Origin: Dimorphilus gyrociliatus | Taxonomy: Eukaryota > Animalia > Annelida | Assembly (NCBI GenBank): GCA_904063045.1 | Contig: CAJFCJ010000014.1 | Coordinates: 1 to 64,000 of the forward strand | DNA: 64,000 bases | Direction of reading: 5' to 3' | Part shown: one piece after another, positions 1 through 11,219 of the stretch | Layout: the number at the start of each line of letters is the position of its first letter | How positions within the stretch are numbered: the stretch's first letter is position 1 | Notes under the pieces: model-generated | What the model was told of the DNA's origin: nothing | The model's input: only the letters and a program-made list of their open reading frames with translations | Databases searched by the model: none | Position numbers and translations under genes: made by a program

Positions 1-925
1 TGGCTTGTTGAATTTATTAAGATGCTTTTTGGATTAACCAATGCCCTCCTCATTTTAGTTATGTAATGAATTCTTTTGCTAAAGGATGTAAAGCATTTGT
101 GCCTAAACTACTTGATGACATAATAATATTACCAAGTCGCTGGACCAACATTGGGAAGCATTGGAGACCATTCTTCAACAGATTCAAAAGTACAATTTTA
201 AGATTAAACTAAGTAAATGTGTGTTTTTGAAAGAACAAGTTCAATTCTTGGGACACATTGTATCAGAAAAGGGGATTGAAACAGATAAGTCCAAGACAGA
301 TAAATTATATAATTTACAGCCACCAGTGTTTGCAAATTCACTACTAAGCTTTGTTGCATTTTGTGGCTATTACAGAAAATTTATACAAGATTTTGCAAGA
401 GTAGCTAAACCTCTGTATATGTTAATGAAACTACATGGGAAAAAGGATAAATTGCAATGGACTGAGGAAGCCAAGCAATCATTTTTCAAGTTGAGAGATG
501 CAGTAGTTAACCCTCCTGTATTACAACTACCTGATTTTGCTAAAGATTTTCACTTAACAACAGATGCATCGAATGTAGCTGTAGGAGGAGTTCTTGAACA
601 AGTTTATGTAGATGAGAATGGGAAGAAAACAATGAAACCCATTGCCTACGCTTCAAAACAATTCAACAATAATCAAATGAAATATGCAGCCTATCAAAAG
701 GAAGCATTTGGTGTTTACTGGGTTGTAAAGAAATTTTTACATTACCTTCAAGACAGAGCCATTCTTTTTATATACTGATCATCAGAGTCTAGTACAAATG
801 TTCAAGCAAAACAAATTGAATGTCAGCACAGCAAAATGGGTCATGGCTTTAATGGATTTAAAATTTACAATTATCTATGTGACAGGAGAAAAAATAGAGC
901 AGATGCATTAACAAGATTAGAAGAA
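1..925 (+). pseudogene. pol: pol: reverse transcriptase C-terminal part and RNase H, frameshifted
   Basis: FGLTNAP and an xxDD-III motif (~100-130, across a frameshift), KLSKCVFLKEQVQFLGHIVS, SFVAFCGYYRKFI. RNase H motifs TTDASNVAVGGVLEQ, PIAYASK, KEAFGVYW, YTDHQSL and RADALTRL. Several single-base frameshifts. Confidence 0.93.
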
Positions 926-965
926 TATACACCCCCAAGGAAAGTAACATTTGAAGAGCTAATTC

Positions 966-2488
966 ATGGAAGATCAAAAGGAGAATTCTCCCTCTATTTC
1001 AGTTAAAATGGAACAGTATGAACATACACCAGAGTTAACTTTTGTAGCTACCAGTGATAACAGTGAAGAGAAAATTGATTTGTCTTCTGTTGACTTACAG
1101 TCAGAGCAAGAAAAAGATGTGAATTTAAAATCAATTAAAGAATATTTAACATTGGATGGTCAGCTACCTATTCCTTATTTTGGAACTTTTACACCTTTCA
1201 TAATGGAGATGTTTGTTCACAAGGAAATGATCTGGATTATCCTTGAAGAAAGAAACATTCTGGTTTTACCTGACCATTTGATGCTAACTCTGCTCCCTAA
1301 ATTCCATAAAAATAAAATTCACAATCACCATGGACCCAGAATGAATTACAAATAATTACAAAGACCTTTTGGCACCCAAAATTAAAGATTATGATTGAGA
1401 ATTCAATAAAGGATTGCACTTTGTGTGAACAAATGAATGGTAGGAGTAGAGTATACCCTTTGGTAGAAACCTTTCACCCTGCATCACCAATGGAGTTGGT
1501 AGCCATGGATATAATGGACCCTTACCCATGGTTAAGTCATACAGATTCATACTTGTGATAGTGGATCATTTCAGTAGATACACAGTTTTATATGCACTCA
1601 ACAGCAAACCAGTAAAGAAATTGCAACCTTCTTTTCAACAGATTTTTTCCCATTTTTGGAATTCCAAAACAAATGTTGACAGATCAAGGAAGAAACTTTG
1701 TTGGTAAAGCTTTTAAAGAGTTTATGAAGGTATTAGGTATTGAGAAAATCCAAACAACAGCTTATAGAAGCCAGAGCAATGGACTAGTTGAACGAAGAAA
1801 TAGAGAAGTGAGGAAGGAAATCAATAAATTAGTGGTGGAAGAAAATCAGCATAACTGGGTTGCAAACCTACCTTGATTCAAGCATTTTTGAATCAATCAC
1901 CTGTAGGAAGTACAAGACTACCACCCAGGAACTTCTTTTTGGCACCAGCACAAGAACACTGATTGATGTAACAATGCATACTACCTCTCCTGAAACAAAT
2001 GTACTATTTGTATTCAATCACCAGCAGCAATTAGTACAGTTAAGAGCTACAGCCTTCTGTAAATCCATCATGGCAAAAGAACAATATAGGGAAAGAAAGA
2101 ATAGAAATCTCAATCTTCCAAAATATTTTGAGGTTGATGATGAAGTATTCTTAAGAAATGATGCTGCAAGAATTGCAATAACAAAAATCCTTCTTTAAAA
2201 TGGTTAGGCCCATACCGAATAACAAAAGTCAATCATCAAAAGTGGATATATGAAATACAAATGGATGATAATACATGCAAGTTGGTACATGGTAGCAGAT
2301 TAAGACTAGCCAATGAATCTAATAAGTTGGAAACAGGGAAAGAAGCAACAACAATCTTTCACCTTGTGGAGAAGGAAATAACACACCTCCAATATCTTTC
2401 TCAGGTAGAAGGAAGAAATGACTTCCAATTCCGTTTGAAGAATCAAAAGGCCAAGAAGTCATTGCCTTGTGTGACACAGGAGCATTGA
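966..2488 (+). pseudogene. pol: pol: integrase (HHCC zinc finger, DDE core, GPY/F module), frameshifted
   Basis: HNHHG...CTLC zinc finger (~1310-1425), VAMDI, VDHFSRY, FGIPKQMLTDQGRNF...TTAYRSQSNGLVERRN core, and WLGPYRITKV (GPY/F, ~2200-2230). Broken into several short ORFs. Confidence 0.92.
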
Positions 2489-5400
2489 GATCCTTTATTA
2501 CTGAAAAAGAAATCAAGTTAATGGATGTTACAATTATGGATAAAGAAACAATTGGCTTACCAATTATAACTTCAGCTGATGGGAAAGCTTTAAAGCAAAA
2601 AGGAAGCGTAAAGCTGAATATCCAATTTGCTGGAGAAAGTATGGAACAAGAATTTATAGTTATGGAAAATCTAGACATAGCAATAATACTTGGTTGTGAT
2701 TTCCTACAAACTGTGGGAGCAAACCTCAATTTTGAAGCTAAACAGTGTTCTCTCAAATTTGATAGAAGGAAAGGGAACCTGGCTGAAAGAATAAGGCAAC
2801 CTCAACTAAACAAAGTCACTATAGCCATGATGGGACAGCATGACTCTTCATCAGAAAGTTCAGATAGTGATGACTCAGAGATGGAAGTTACTAATTCTGA
2901 TACTGGTTATGACACAAGCAATACTTTCAAAACAGACAGTAATTACAGTCTCAATGAACCTTCAAGCTCATCTGAAAGTGATGACACAGAAACAAATAAT
3001 GAACTGGATCAAAATACAGATTCAGAGGCAAACATTATCTCTGATAGAGAAGATGAAATATCTAGTTCAGACGATGAGTCAATAATTATTGAAAGCGAAA
3101 TTATTGATATAACCCATTCGGATAATGAGTCAATAATTATTGAAGGTGAAATTATTGACATAACCCATTCAGATAATGAGTCCCTCATAGTGGTAGATTC
3201 ATCCCAAGATGAGAAAGAAAATACAAGTGACACAGACAATGAGTCAGTCATATTTTTAGATGAGACTAAAATCATCTCTGAACAATTAGATTCCCAACAA
3301 GAAGTGGAACCACAATATATAGAGTTAGAAGATGGAATAACTATCAGAGTGGAACAACAACACAAAATTTTCAACCATTCAACTATAGCCAACACAGGAA
3401 GAGCTAACATGAAACAGATGTTGTGGCTTCCACTAGTGATGACTGTAATGGTGATCTGTGGCTGCATCCACTCAATAACAGTCCCAAAACCATCCTACCA
3501 AGGTGCCCATGTTACAAGTGCAAACATTACCTTAACATTTAAACCACCATTATACTTTTGTTCTAACCAACTACCAAGCCAGGCATTTGATCTAGCAGAT
3601 GAGCCAACTTGTAATATAGAATCACAAGAAACCAAGACAATTACAGCTGATATCTATGAATTGAACTTGGAAGAAATTGAAACAAGAGCAGTAAAATGTC
3701 AAGTGTATCTAAGAACTAATTTTTACACTTACTATTTCTTTGGAGCAAAGAAGAGGAGGATTGTTAACTCAGTTATCAAAGTAACTCATGATCAATGCAG
3801 ACAGATGATAAAAGACAAACGATCTTTTCAAGGAAAACCTTTAATGGTGAAAAGAAACACTTGGATCCACCAAGATCAGTTTCCTGCTGCCTACACATGG
3901 CCAACAACGACCAAGGTGCTGGAATACACCACAATTATCCAGTTTGGCAAAGCATATTGGCAACCTCCTAATATGAAAATTACAACTAATCTGGACTACC
4001 TGGAAGATTGTTTACCAGGGCAGTCCTATTGTGAAACAGAAGAGGCAATTATTGTCTTTAGGAACCTCAAGAATAATTACACACTTGGGCAACAATCACC
4101 ATGGATAAAAATTAGCAACAGAATTAGTTGTATCAAATTTGCTGGTCACTATTCTTGTCCAGGGTATTCTATTCTGGACATCCCTTATCAAGATAAGTTT
4201 ATTGATGGAATTGGTGGTCCTGGAACAAAAGTACTAGTACCACTGGAGGAACAGAGTTTAATACAGGAAACAAGCAAGGAACACCTATACAATTTGCTAC
4301 AATATCAGAAGATTGGCAAAAATGAAGAAAAACGACTATTAAACTATCCCAATAAAGTTAAAGAACAAATTATACTATACAAGCGAAACAACCCCTTACC
4401 AAGTCTTAACCAATGGTACAGAGAAACAAACACAAAGTATAAACTAATGAGAAATAAAGGCACACTCAAGGAAGTTGTGATATATCATCTACAACAACCC
4501 ATTAGTCCATCTTACTGGGAGCTGGATAACTATTATATCCAAGAAATGCTGCAAGCAGTCAATTGGACAAGGGCAACAAGACAATCTGTCACGATTTCAA
4601 AATATGTATACAGTGAGAAAAGAATCAAAAAGAAGGTATTACCAACATTGGGCATATGGTATAAAGGACCACCAGCCAGAGAATTCAAGATTACCTATGA
4701 AGGAATTTATTTTACTCTACACATGAGAATGGCTAAAAAGCAGATGAAGAAGGAAGCAAAACTGAAACATAAGATAAGTAAAAACCCATACCACAAATTC
4801 CCATTGGAAATGAGAGAAGCTGCCCAAACATCTACCTTACTACATGGTATTGATTCAAATTTTAAGAATTTAAAAAAGTTTACCCAACAGCTGTCAAGTC
4901 TTCTCTGCAATCAATTTGTTCAAAGAAGCAGAATGATGGCATTACTAGCAAATTTGGATCCTCAATTGACCACAGTGTTAACAAATGAGTTGGGAATGCA
5001 CAGTAGTCAGATGGGAGAATTAGCTATAATTAAACAATGTTCACCAATAGCCTCAACAGAAGTAGTTTGTGACTTAAGCATGATAAAAAAGAATAACAAA
5101 TGTTCTCAATTTTTACTTGTCACCATGAACAACCTGCTTTTCCAAGTAGAACCAGTTACTCATGTTTTACAGCAAGTCAATCCTGAAGAGATTACCTATA
5201 ATGAGTGTAAGTCTAACAAGTTATTCTACAAAACAACTCACAACCCATTAAATCCTATAAGAAACCAACCAATGAAAGACAAAACGTATGTGTATTATTC
5301 AGAAAGAGGATGCAGATTTCACACTGTGTCTGCAAAATCCATGCAGTTACATATCCACAATCACCTTTCTGAACCAAAAATTGAAATTGCCAGATTAGCT

Positions 5401-5829
5401 GATCTACTCCACCATGGGGTAAAGAAGGATATTGCATACCAGCACTCAAAAATTAAGCAAGTTATCAGTTCACTGGAACAGAAGCAGGCAAGGTATGATA
5501 ACATGGTCACTGTTGCAGAGAAAAATGGCATTGTACCCAATTTATCTGGAATTAAAAAGTTTTTCCATAGTTGGTACTATAAACCTGGGAAAACACTTTA
5601 TGTTATCATACGAAATATTTGTTTGAGTATTGTAGTGTCAATGGTATGTATCATCATTTTCAACTATATTATTGGAAGAAGAAAACAAAGAGAAGAAATT
5701 GCTACCCCAAGTGAGAGCACAGATAACTCTCCTGAAAACCCAAAACTAATGAAACAAAGTTGTAGCTTTAGTCAACATCAAACTAATGAAGAAGAACAAC
5801 CACCTGTAATTCTCATTAAATCAAGATGA
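2467..5829 (+). CDS. env: 1120-aa ORF: retropepsin-type aspartic protease, acidic linker, then envelope glycoprotein (signal-like segment, Cys-rich ectodomain, TM, short tail)
   Basis: IAL-CDTGA catalytic motif and IILGCDFL. Ser/Asp/Glu-rich linker. Hydrophobic MKQMLWLPLVMTVMVICGCIHS at 3409-3474. Ectodomain with several N-x-S/T sequons. TM segment VIIRNICLSIVVSMVCIIIFNYII at ~5602-5672 followed by GRRKQR. Lies directly before the PPT and LTR. The annotated start is a TTG; the frame is open from 2422. Confidence 0.9.
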   Translation: MCDTGALRSFITEKEIKLMDVTIMDKETIGLPIITSADGKALKQKGSVKLNIQFAGESMEQEFIVMENLDIAIILGCDFLQTVGANLNFEAKQCSLKFDRRKGNLAERIRQPQLNKVTIAMMGQHDSSSESSDSDDSEMEVTNSDTGYDTSNTFKTDSNYSLNEPSSSSESDDTETNNELDQNTDSEANIISDREDEISSSDDESIIIESEIIDITHSDNESIIIEGEIIDITHSDNESLIVVDSSQDEKENTSDTDNESVIFLDETKIISEQLDSQQEVEPQYIELEDGITIRVEQQHKIFNHSTIANTGRANMKQMLWLPLVMTVMVICGCIHSITVPKPSYQGAHVTSANITLTFKPPLYFCSNQLPSQAFDLADEPTCNIESQETKTITADIYELNLEEIETRAVKCQVYLRTNFYTYYFFGAKKRRIVNSVIKVTHDQCRQMIKDKRSFQGKPLMVKRNTWIHQDQFPAAYTWPTTTKVLEYTTIIQFGKAYWQPPNMKITTNLDYLEDCLPGQSYCETEEAIIVFRNLKNNYTLGQQSPWIKISNRISCIKFAGHYSCPGYSILDIPYQDKFIDGIGGPGTKVLVPLEEQSLIQETSKEHLYNLLQYQKIGKNEEKRLLNYPNKVKEQIILYKRNNPLPSLNQWYRETNTKYKLMRNKGTLKEVVIYHLQQPISPSYWELDNYYIQEMLQAVNWTRATRQSVTISKYVYSEKRIKKKVLPTLGIWYKGPPAREFKITYEGIYFTLHMRMAKKQMKKEAKLKHKISKNPYHKFPLEMREAAQTSTLLHGIDSNFKNLKKFTQQLSSLLCNQFVQRSRMMALLANLDPQLTTVLTNELGMHSSQMGELAIIKQCSPIASTEVVCDLSMIKKNNKCSQFLLVTMNNLLFQVEPVTHVLQQVNPEEITYNECKSNKLFYKTTHNPLNPIRNQPMKDKTYVYYSERGCRFHTVSAKSMQLHIHNHLSEPKIEIARLADLLHHGVKKDIAYQHSKIKQVISSLEQKQARYDNMVTVAEKNGIVPNLSGIKKFFHSWYYKPGKTLYVIIRNICLSIVVSMVCIIIFNYIIGRRKQREEIATPSESTDNSPENPKLMKQSCSFSQHQTNEEEQPPVILIKSR
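3067..3183 (+). repeat. 51-bp coding tandem repeat (SD[D/N]ESIIIE[S/G]EIIDITH, ~2.3 copies) in the acidic linker
   Basis: Read directly from the DNA and the translation. Confidence 0.9.
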
Positions 5830-5844
5830 AGGGACTCATCTTCA

Positions 5845-5859
5845 CAAAGAAGGGGGAAG
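5845..5859 (+). other. Polypurine tract (plus-strand primer)
   Basis: CAAAGAAGGGGGAAG immediately before the LTR start TGTACAAC. Confidence 0.9.
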
Positions 5860-5860
5860 T

Positions 5861-6495
5861 TGTACAACTTTGGTTATATTTTACATGCTTGAACTCTATT
5901 ATTTTATGCAACATATACATGTACATCTTAAAACCTACGCAAGAAAATGCTATAACATTGGCCAAACATAAGTCTGATTAGTCAGCTTGAAGGTTCATCT
6001 TTAATTACCAATAAAGGTTTGGCCAAGTTATAATTTAATTAACTTGCCTAGGGTGTGGCCAAGTTATAATTCAATTAACCTTCCTAAATGTTGAACCTTG
6101 TAACATCCTGTTACTAAAGATAAATATGAACTACACATTTCGGCAACTGTAAAGTGATGATTGGATGTCAGAGACAAACCTCAAAGTATATAAATCCTCA
6201 TTATTCTCATTTGGCATGCAGCTTCCATCTGGACCCAAGGACCTGGGAAAATCATCTGGAAACAACCTCCACTGGAACCATCCATCTACTCCTCAACATT
6301 GGAAGACAGTTTGGTAATTTGGCAACCTGCTATTACAAACTATCTACTCTGCTATCGAACTCTCATATTGTTACTTGCTTAAGTATTATTATTGCGAATA
6401 AACCATTTTAATTTAAACATTTGTTTAAAGGTTCGAGTAGAACCAGTATTGTTATAACTTGCAAACGCATAGATTTTGCCAGCAAGAGCAGTACA
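5861..6495 (+). repeat. 3' LTR (635 bp)
   Basis: Inverted termini TGTAC...GTACA and follows the PPT. The boundaries match the copy at 58640-60027. Contains TATAAAT (~6189), AATAAA (~6398) and a ~39-bp internal tandem duplication (~6021-6086). Confidence 0.92.
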
Positions 6496-9400
6496 ATATA
6501 GGATTCTTTAAAAGGATAAATGATACTTTGATGTCTTTCCAAAGTCAGTAACAGCACAGAAAGTGATGTTTGTATTTGTGAACATGCCATTGCTATTCCA
6601 AGAAACTTACAGAATTTACTATTTTGCCATTTATTGCCATTTTCTATATAATAATTTTTAAAATATAGATCTACAATGGCAATTGAAATCACATATAACG
6701 ACGTTTGAATAATTGCTTAGAATTAACAGTAATCTATATGATTTTGACAAGGTTTTCATTAGAACTAATACAAAGGATAGCAAATTCCCTAAAACTCCAA
6801 ATATTCCAAAACACCAAAATACAATTCTAATCCAATTTAAACCAAGTAAATCTGTGCATTTGTTAAAAAATGATTTTGACGGTTTACATAGAACGTGTCG
6901 ACCAATCAGCTTCCAGATTAAACAACATAAGTAAAATGATTTATTAAAGATTTTTTGTATTGAATTTAAATTTTTAGCAATTTTAGTATGAATTTCAGTT
7001 GGAAAGTTTGCTTCATTCAAATGAAGTTCAGTTATTTTGGTTATTGGTTTAAAAAAATCATTAATAATATAAAAAATTTTGCAGTAGGAAATTTTTAAAA
7101 TATTTAAATATTTAAATGAATTTAAAATGTAATTTAATTTTTTCAAAGGATTTCTTGAAATATCTAAATATCTTAAATTTGGGGAACAGAAACTTTTGAA
7201 CTGGCTTAAATCTTGTAAATTATTTTTAGAAATATGCAAATGTTGGAGTAGTAATAGTGTTGTATTTCTGCCTCTAAATGATAAAAATTCCAATTTACTG
7301 CCTAAAATTCTTAAATGAATTAGATTTGGATAAAAAATTGAATTCAAATTGGAAAAATTAATGTTTTCGGTGACACTCAAAGATTTTAGGTTTGTTAGAA
7401 CAGTTTCATTTCTTAATTGAATATCACCAAAAATAGCCAACTTTTTCACATTGATTGATATATTTAATGCAATACTATCAATACTTTTACATGAAAATTC
7501 ATACAGTGTTATTCTACGACATTTTGGATATGAAAAAACATTTGAAATGCAAAATAATTCATCACTTCCATATTTACAATCGACAATATTATTGCATATT
7601 TGATTAATTGGAAAAAAACTTGATTCATTTCTACATTTGAAATGTCCTTGTGCAATGAAATTTTCTTAAAAATAAAAAGAAAATTTACACTGAAAAGTAA
7701 AAATAATTTTTGTCTTCCTCTCATTTTATTACCACAATTCAATTCATCTTCATTGTTTAGGCAATGATTAACACCATCGCATACCAGATTTATTGATATA
7801 CAATATTTATTCTCCTGGGACAGATACTCGCCAATTTCACATTTCTTTCCATTGCAATGAGATAAATCACTGCTTTCTTTATAGAAACCTGGTAGCATAC
7901 TTCCTAAAGAGTCATACTTCAGGGAGCATTTCTTAGCTGGGGGTTTCTTATATACTGGAGCACATATTTTTTGGTTAAACTCATCCGAAAAATCATCACA
8001 ATCAACTTTTGAATCGCAAACTTGGTCTTTTCTAACGCAGTTTTGGTGACAATTGCTCTGGTTCTTTCCGCATTCTATTTTTGAGTGGTTTACTCAAAAG
8101 ATATTTTTGACAATTGAAATGGGAAAATGGATAAATCACTACTAAGTACATAAAGTGTTTAGCTCTAGTGTTTAAGTCATTGCTCAATGGTTGATTGTCT
8201 TAAATGTGCATTTAGACCAAACATTGAAAATTTGACCTAAATGCAAAGCAATAACCAGTTCTACAACTTTCAAAAATATCAATTTACTATTCAATTTTTA
8301 TACAATGACTTCAAATATGGCTGTTAATGATTTTCCAAAGAGCTCTAACAGTTTCTGTTCATCTTGGTAGAATTATCAATTGTTGCATAAACATCTATTT
8401 ATTGGTTTTACCAGATTGAAATTTAGAAACAATAGCATTTTCATTGTTACCTAATTCATCAGATGTATCAAAACAATTTCTTTTATTATTACAAATGTCC
8501 TCAATTTTCACACATTGACGATTTTTACATTCTCTGAAACATTTTCAAATTTTCAATCCTATCAAAAAAAAATATGGGACTGGCAAAATCAATAAGGTTT
8601 TCTAACTAATGAAAGAGTTGTTAGGGTTAAGAAGCTAATATCAGAGATAAGTCTTGATTGATTGTTACATTATCTCTTTCTTACTTTTCTCTCTTTTTTA
8701 TTTTTTACTGAGAAATTTTCTAATATAACAAATTTTTTTTAACAAAGTTACATACTTTTCATTTTTAAGATAACAATGATCTTCATTTCTTGCTTTTTTT
8801 TGGCAAGTTTATTATATTTTAGCAAGAGAAAAGAAATGTTTGAATAAAATTTTTGTCCTACTGCAGAAAATTTCATCAAATCCGTTTGGGCAATCTTCAA
8901 TAAAATCGCAAACTAATGTGCAGCTGATAGTTAAATTTTCATCTGGAAAACAGTAGAAATAATTTAGCGATGACCATAAATTTGATTCGCATAGTTTTTC
9001 ATCCTCTCCAAATGGGCAATCATTTATTCCGTCGCAGAGATAAACACCATTGATATAAACTCTACTCTCATTAAAATAAAACACGTTAATTGGAATGGAT
9101 CCATCAATTCCCAAATACATATTTAACTTGGAATTTAAATTTATATTTTTATCTAAAAAGAAAGATTTTTTTTTCAAAAAAAGTTATTCATTTATTTTCT
9201 TTATAAAATTTAAATACAAATAATTTTTTGGCAGATGTAATAATTTGCTTGAATTTGGTCACATGGTATCTTATATATTTTCCATGCTAAGGAAAAAAAC
9301 ACAGTTCAGTTCCATGAATCAATAGGAAAAATTTAATTTCCTACTATATTTAATGAATGTTGTAATAAATAGGTCAAATGACTATAGCAGAGAGAGAAAG

Positions 9401-10005
9401 TGATAATTAGTCTCTTAAAATGGCTCATTAATTTGATTGAACTCTACACTCACTGATATGTATTGTATACAGTCACCATTGAAATTTTTCAGCTGTCTTG
9501 CCTTTTGTAACTCAGCAAGAAAGTCATAAAAATTTAACTTTTCTATAGATAAAGTTGGAATTGATGAAAAATGTTGACATTCTGAAGAAACATACAATCA
9601 TTTATCATTCACTCTTTTACCTGGCTTTATCGTTGTAGGATAATATGATAATGTTATATTTGATGCTGTGAAATGGCATAGGTATCTTTTCATAAAAATA
9701 TTTCTTCACTTTTTTCCTAAAGATATTCATTTTACCTTTGGTATTGTTCCAGATAGATGGAAATATTATGTGAAAATTTGTATTATCGCCCGCCATTTTA
9801 GATTTGTAATAACATTCTTCTATTTTCGATTTAACTACATCGCAAAAGTATCCGCTTTCTTTGTATGTAATAAAATCAAAAATCCTTCTATATGAAATTT
9901 TCTATTATTAAATTCATCAAATTTCAGTTTGTTTTCTTGAGTATTAAGTCCTCTAATCAAAATTAGTAATCTTAAAATTTGCACTAAATCCACTAAGGAA
10001 GCCAT
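6496..10005 (-). pseudogene. GRL101-like LDLa-LRR-7TM receptor gene 1, cut just after TM3 by the LTR element
   Basis: Signal-like MASLVDLVQILRLLILIRGL at 10005. LDLa repeats (LCDGINDCPFGEDE, VCDFIEDCPNGFDE, VCDSKVDCDDFSDE, VCDGVNHCLNNEDELNC), LRRs, CTDLLG hinge, TM1 FGIFGVLGNLLSF, and TM3 LLLTLERHQSIIYPF running straight into LTR sequence. Several frameshifts, some possibly sequencing errors. Confidence 0.85.
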
Positions 10006-10642
10006 TTTACATTCGAGATTATTGAAAAAAATATAGTTCAATTATTTCCCTGAGCTTTATAAAAAAGTCTCTGTACTGTAATTTAATAATACATGGATTG
10101 TTATAATAGATAATAGAAATTGTCTCATATCCCTAAATCCTTTGATTTTCATAGAAAGTTGTCCAGTGTATTCAATTGTGTTTTTAATTGGTTTTATTGT
10201 CATTTCTGAAGAGAGAAATTTAAAATTCTAAGTTTAACTGATTCTGTGTTCTGTTGAGTTTGAATTTCCTCCTTATAGGGTTACCGTTTTTCAATTTGAT
10301 AAAATAGTTTGTCAACTAAGTTATCACCTTTCATAAGACTCAAGTAAAAACTTTGAAAGCAGTTAGACAATAGTTTAGTTTTCTTCTTCAAAAAAACATT
10401 TTCAAAAGTTCTTTTTTTCAACTAATTCTTCCATGACAATCAAAAGATACAATCACTCATCTGTATCATTGTATCTTTATTGTACTTGACCTCACATACC
10501 AACAAATACGAAAGTAAAATTGAAATGGCTAAACACAATACTTAAATTTTATCGAATTGCTCAATTTCGCTCCGTATTGCGAAATCTTCGAATGAAGGAA
10601 TAAATGAATAACTAAACAGGCAATTTCAGTTTAACAATCAGT

Positions 10643-11219
10643 AATGATGACTGAAGAAAAACCTAAGAGTTGTTTAACTGATGACAATAGCATTTGCGCA
10701 ATTTGTCTGAATCTGGGAAGATAAGATGCCAAAAATACTCAACTGTAATCATATCTTTTGCTCAGAATGTGTAGCGGAACTATTAGAAAACGAATCAAAT
10801 ATGCTTCGTTGTCCTTATTGTAGAAAAGTGACAAGTTTAAACAAAAGAAATATCGATTTGGTGACTGATTATCTCGTTCCCAGTTCAATTGAGGAAGATT
10901 TACTGAATAATAAATATTGTAAACTTCACAAAATGGCAGCACTAGCGTCATGTAAAACTCATCATTTAAAATATATCTGCCTGGATTGCTTTTTGAATAA
11001 TCATTTGTCATGTGAATTTTCAACAGACAATATTGATTTAAGTGAATATTTTGATACAACAGATACAATTTTTGAACTTAGCACAATGTGCACATCACAT
11101 TCCATTGTTCGGAATGTAGTAAAAGTATTAGAAAAAGTTGACAATGTAGAAATATTTGATGTATCACACAACTCAAGCATAGAATTTGAGAGAAATCGAT
11201 TGTGTAGATTCATAGTTTT
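10643..11219 (+). pseudogene. RING finger + B-box-like (TRIM-like) gene, frameshifted near 10710 and truncated by the fold-back
   Basis: CAIC...(frameshift)...LNCNHIFCSEC...RCPYCRK (C3HC4 RING) and YCKLHKMAALASCKTHHLKYICLDCFLNNH (B-box-like). Codons after ~11220 are mirror-image sequence. Confidence 0.75.

Larger units (their letters stand above)
1..6495 (+). mobile_element. Ty3/gypsy LTR retrotransposon carrying an env-like gene; 5' part (5' LTR, gag, start of RT) lies outside the window
   Basis: Gypsy-type RT, RNase H and integrase motifs (1-~2460), a 1120-codon protease+envelope ORF, a polypurine tract and an LTR with TGTAC...GTACA termini, in that order. Confidence 0.95.

Noticed and set aside
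2319-3467. Antisense and alternate-frame ORFs over the PR-Env ORF (2319..2756-, 2840..3085+, 3009..3467-)
   Set aside because: Shadow frames of a low-complexity coding region, with no motifs.
6154-6411. 85-aa ORF inside the LTR (also 59687-59914)
   Set aside because: The frame is not conserved between LTR copies and has no motif.
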